A DNA stretch of 48,814 bases, from positions 1 to 48,814 of the forward strand of contig JAEXVC010000167.1 of assembly GCA_023406715.1 (NCBI GenBank), in the 5' to 3' direction. The translations under genes were made by a program, and so were the position numbers. Below the pieces are notes generated by a model that saw only the letters and a list, made by a program, of their open reading frames with translations, did not search any database and was not told the DNA's origin. Below, piece by piece: positions 46,569-48,814 of this stretch (position 1 is the first letter of the stretch; each line of letters opens with the position of its first letter). Source of the DNA: Bacteroidota bacterium (lineage in GTDB: Bacteria; Bacteroidota; Bacteroidia; Bacteroidales; Tenuifilaceae).

Positions 46569-48814
46569 ATGGCTTCAAAGGTAGCAATACTGATAGTGAA
46601 CGGAGTCCTTCCATTCGGAAATTTACAGGATTCATTGGAGGGCTTAGGCTATTCATGTGTTATTATGGAGAATATTGCCTCGGATATCGATTTGCCTAGT
46701 TTTAATGTTTGTATTATTGGTGTTTCCAATTTAAATCAGAAGGATAAATTAATATCACTCTCAAAAAGATACCTCGACAAGCCTTTTATCTACTATTTAA
46801 GCAGCGAAGTAATAGCGCAAGCTGATGAATTTGATATTGTTTGTGAATCGAATCAAATAGGCACGTCGTTTACCAGTCGAGAGTTAGAACTAGTTATTGA
46901 ACTTACGAGCATTAAGCGGATGCAGGTTTTTGCATCATCATTTTCCGATAAAAACCCCAACTCGAATCATGTTCGATTAAAAAAAATTATTCCCGAAGAG
47001 CAAGCATGGCGGGTTCTTTTTGAACAGTCGCCCAATGGAATTCTTTTGGCCGATCATCATGGGAATATTCTGTACACAAATCAGGCTGCTGGCGAAATGC
47101 TAGGTTATAGTCCACTGGAATTGATAAAAATGAGGTTTCACGATTTGGTATCGGAAGATATTAGGCCTCAGGTTGATATAAATATTCGAAGAATAATAAA
47201 TGGCGAGTCACTTATAACCGAGGTTTACAACTATAGGAAGGATGGCAGCAAGCGTTACGTTCAGCTTCACGAGGCTCGTGTAATTTTCCCGGATGGTAAT
47301 TTCGGAATACTTGATGTCTCAACTGATATATCGAGGGCCAAGCAGGCCGAGGAGGCTCTGTTTGAATCGATGGAAAAGTATCAGATTTTAGTAGAGAAAT
47401 CGAATGATGGGATTATATACGCTAAGGATGGGGTAATTACTTACGCAAACCCTCGAATTTTGGAGATGCTTTCCATTTCACAAAGCGAATTTATTGGGCA
47501 TCCTATTACAAAATTTCTTCATCCGAAGGAGCATGGTAAAATTTTAAGTAGGTACGAACGACGATTAAAGGGAGAAAGTGAACCCACAATTTACGAAACC
47601 ACGTTGTTAAACTCAAAGAATGAGTCCATACCGGTTGAGTTTAATGTTAACCTAACTAAACTACAGGGCGATACCATCACGATAGTTTTTATTAGGGACA
47701 TTAGTCTTAGGAAGGAAACTGAAAAGGCTATTCGAGAGAGCGAGGAGAGTTACAGGGGTTTGTTCGATAATGCAAGCGAGGCCATTTACATTCTTGATTC
47801 TAGTGGGGTATTCTTGGATGTTAATATTAATGGTCAAAGGATGTATGGTTATTCAAAGGAGGAAATAGTTGGTTTGACTCCTGAGGACATAGCAGAATCA
47901 GGTTTGAATGACTTTACTGAAATAAAACGAAAGTTAAAGTTAGCGTATCAGGGGCACAGTCAAACATTGGAATTTTGGGGCCGAAAAAAGAATGGCGATG
48001 TTATACCTAATGAAATGATCCTAAGCAAGGGCAATTACTTCGGCTTGCAGGTTGTTATGGCTATGGCTCGCGATGTTTCGGAACGAAAGAATGCTGAAGC
48101 CATACTTAAGGAGAGCGAGGATAAGTTTAGAACGCTAACCGAACAGTTACCTGTTGGATTATACAGATTATCTTCTGCTGGCGACATAATTTACTCTAAT
48201 CCAGCATTCGCTGATATTCTTGGCTTTACATCTGTTGATAAACTCATAGGTCAGAATATTTCAACATTTACAAGTAGTAACTTTATCGAGAAGATAATAG
48301 AAAAAGATAACGTAGATGTAAGGCTCCCGAGCGAAGAGGAGATGAAGAGGGTTGATGGTTCAAAAATATGGGTTCGCAATCAAGTTAGAGTTCACTACAG
48401 TGTTGATAATGAGATTTATTATGCTGATGGAGTAATGCTCGATATTACAGACCGGAAGTTAGCTTTAGACTCGGTCCGCGAAAGTGAGGAGAAGTTTAGG
48501 GCTATGGTTTCAGCTATTCCTGACCAACTTTTCCGTATATCCGGCGATTGCCTTCTAATTGATTTTGCACCCACAGAACAAACCTATTTTCCTACTTTAG
48601 TTTTAGATATGCTCGGCAAATCGCTAAAGGAAATTTACCCCAAGGATGTTTTTGGTAAATTCAACATTGCAATTTCAAATTGCAAAAAGGGGTTAACGCT
48701 CGAAACATTTGAATATCAAATTACCACAGGAGCTGAAACCTACTACTATGAAACACGAATAGTACCTTCAGGTTACAATATTTTCCTTGTATTGCAAAGA
48801 GATATTACTCAGCG
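46569..48814 (+). CDS. Multi-PAS sensor protein with a degenerate N-terminal receiver-like domain, 3'-truncated at the window edge (absent from the ORF track)
   Basis: Manual translation from ATG 46569 (MASKVAILIVNG...) stays open to the window end. Five PAS/PAC units start at WRVLFEQSPNGI, KYQILVEKSNDGI, SYRGLFDNASEAI, KFRTLTEQLPVGL and KFRAMVSAIPDQL, each closing with DIS/DVS/DIT. Confidence 0.88.
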   Translation, partial: MASKVAILIVNGVLPFGNLQDSLEGLGYSCVIMENIASDIDLPSFNVCIIGVSNLNQKDKLISLSKRYLDKPFIYYLSSEVIAQADEFDIVCESNQIGTSFTSRELELVIELTSIKRMQVFASSFSDKNPNSNHVRLKKIIPEEQAWRVLFEQSPNGILLADHHGNILYTNQAAGEMLGYSPLELIKMRFHDLVSEDIRPQVDINIRRIINGESLITEVYNYRKDGSKRYVQLHEARVIFPDGNFGILDVSTDISRAKQAEEALFESMEKYQILVEKSNDGIIYAKDGVITYANPRILEMLSISQSEFIGHPITKFLHPKEHGKILSRYERRLKGESEPTIYETTLLNSKNESIPVEFNVNLTKLQGDTITIVFIRDISLRKETEKAIRESEESYRGLFDNASEAIYILDSSGVFLDVNINGQRMYGYSKEEIVGLTPEDIAESGLNDFTEIKRKLKLAYQGHSQTLEFWGRKKNGDVIPNEMILSKGNYFGLQVVMAMARDVSERKNAEAILKESEDKFRTLTEQLPVGLYRLSSAGDIIYSNPAFADILGFTSVDKLIGQNISTFTSSNFIEKIIEKDNVDVRLPSEEEMKRVDGSKIWVRNQVRVHYSVDNEIYYADGVMLDITDRKLALDSVRESEEKFRAMVSAIPDQLFRISGDCLLIDFAPTEQTYFPTLVLDMLGKSLKEIYPKDVFGKFNIAISNCKKGLTLETFEYQITTGAETYYYETRIVPSGYNIFLVLQRDITQ

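Overview
This is a 48.8-kb, AT-rich chromosomal segment from a Bacteroidota organism, most likely Bacteroidales. The basis is TAnnTTTG -7 promoter boxes, A-rich leaders without Shine-Dalgarno sites, a Porin_10-like gene, DUF1573, and RNase H with a viroplasmin-type domain. Most of it is housekeeping and envelope genes: MltF-like lytic transglycosylase, NamZ, RNase HI, LolC/E and LolD, AsmA, the rluB-era-der ribosome-biogenesis cluster, glmM, rmuC, valS, glnA and a MacAB/TolC-like exporter. A multi-PAS sensor is truncated at the right edge and is missing from the ORF track. I found no rRNA, tRNA, CRISPR array, transposase, integrase or phage genes. Four things stand out. (1) Three caspase-like (peptidase C14) proteases all carry export signals; two are tandem lipoproteins with a Bacteroidota surface-export signal. 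(2) A TPR histidine kinase/NarL-type regulator pair is divergent from an outer-membrane barrel and a beta-helix lipoprotein, with a palindrome placed almost symmetrically between the two divergent -7 boxes. (3) Four intergenic arrays with 7- or 8-nt periodicity occur, three of them inverted. (4) A PiT-family transporter has CysP (sulfate permease)-like motifs and a perfect FNR/CRP box upstream. All functional calls come from motif recognition by eye, not from database searches.
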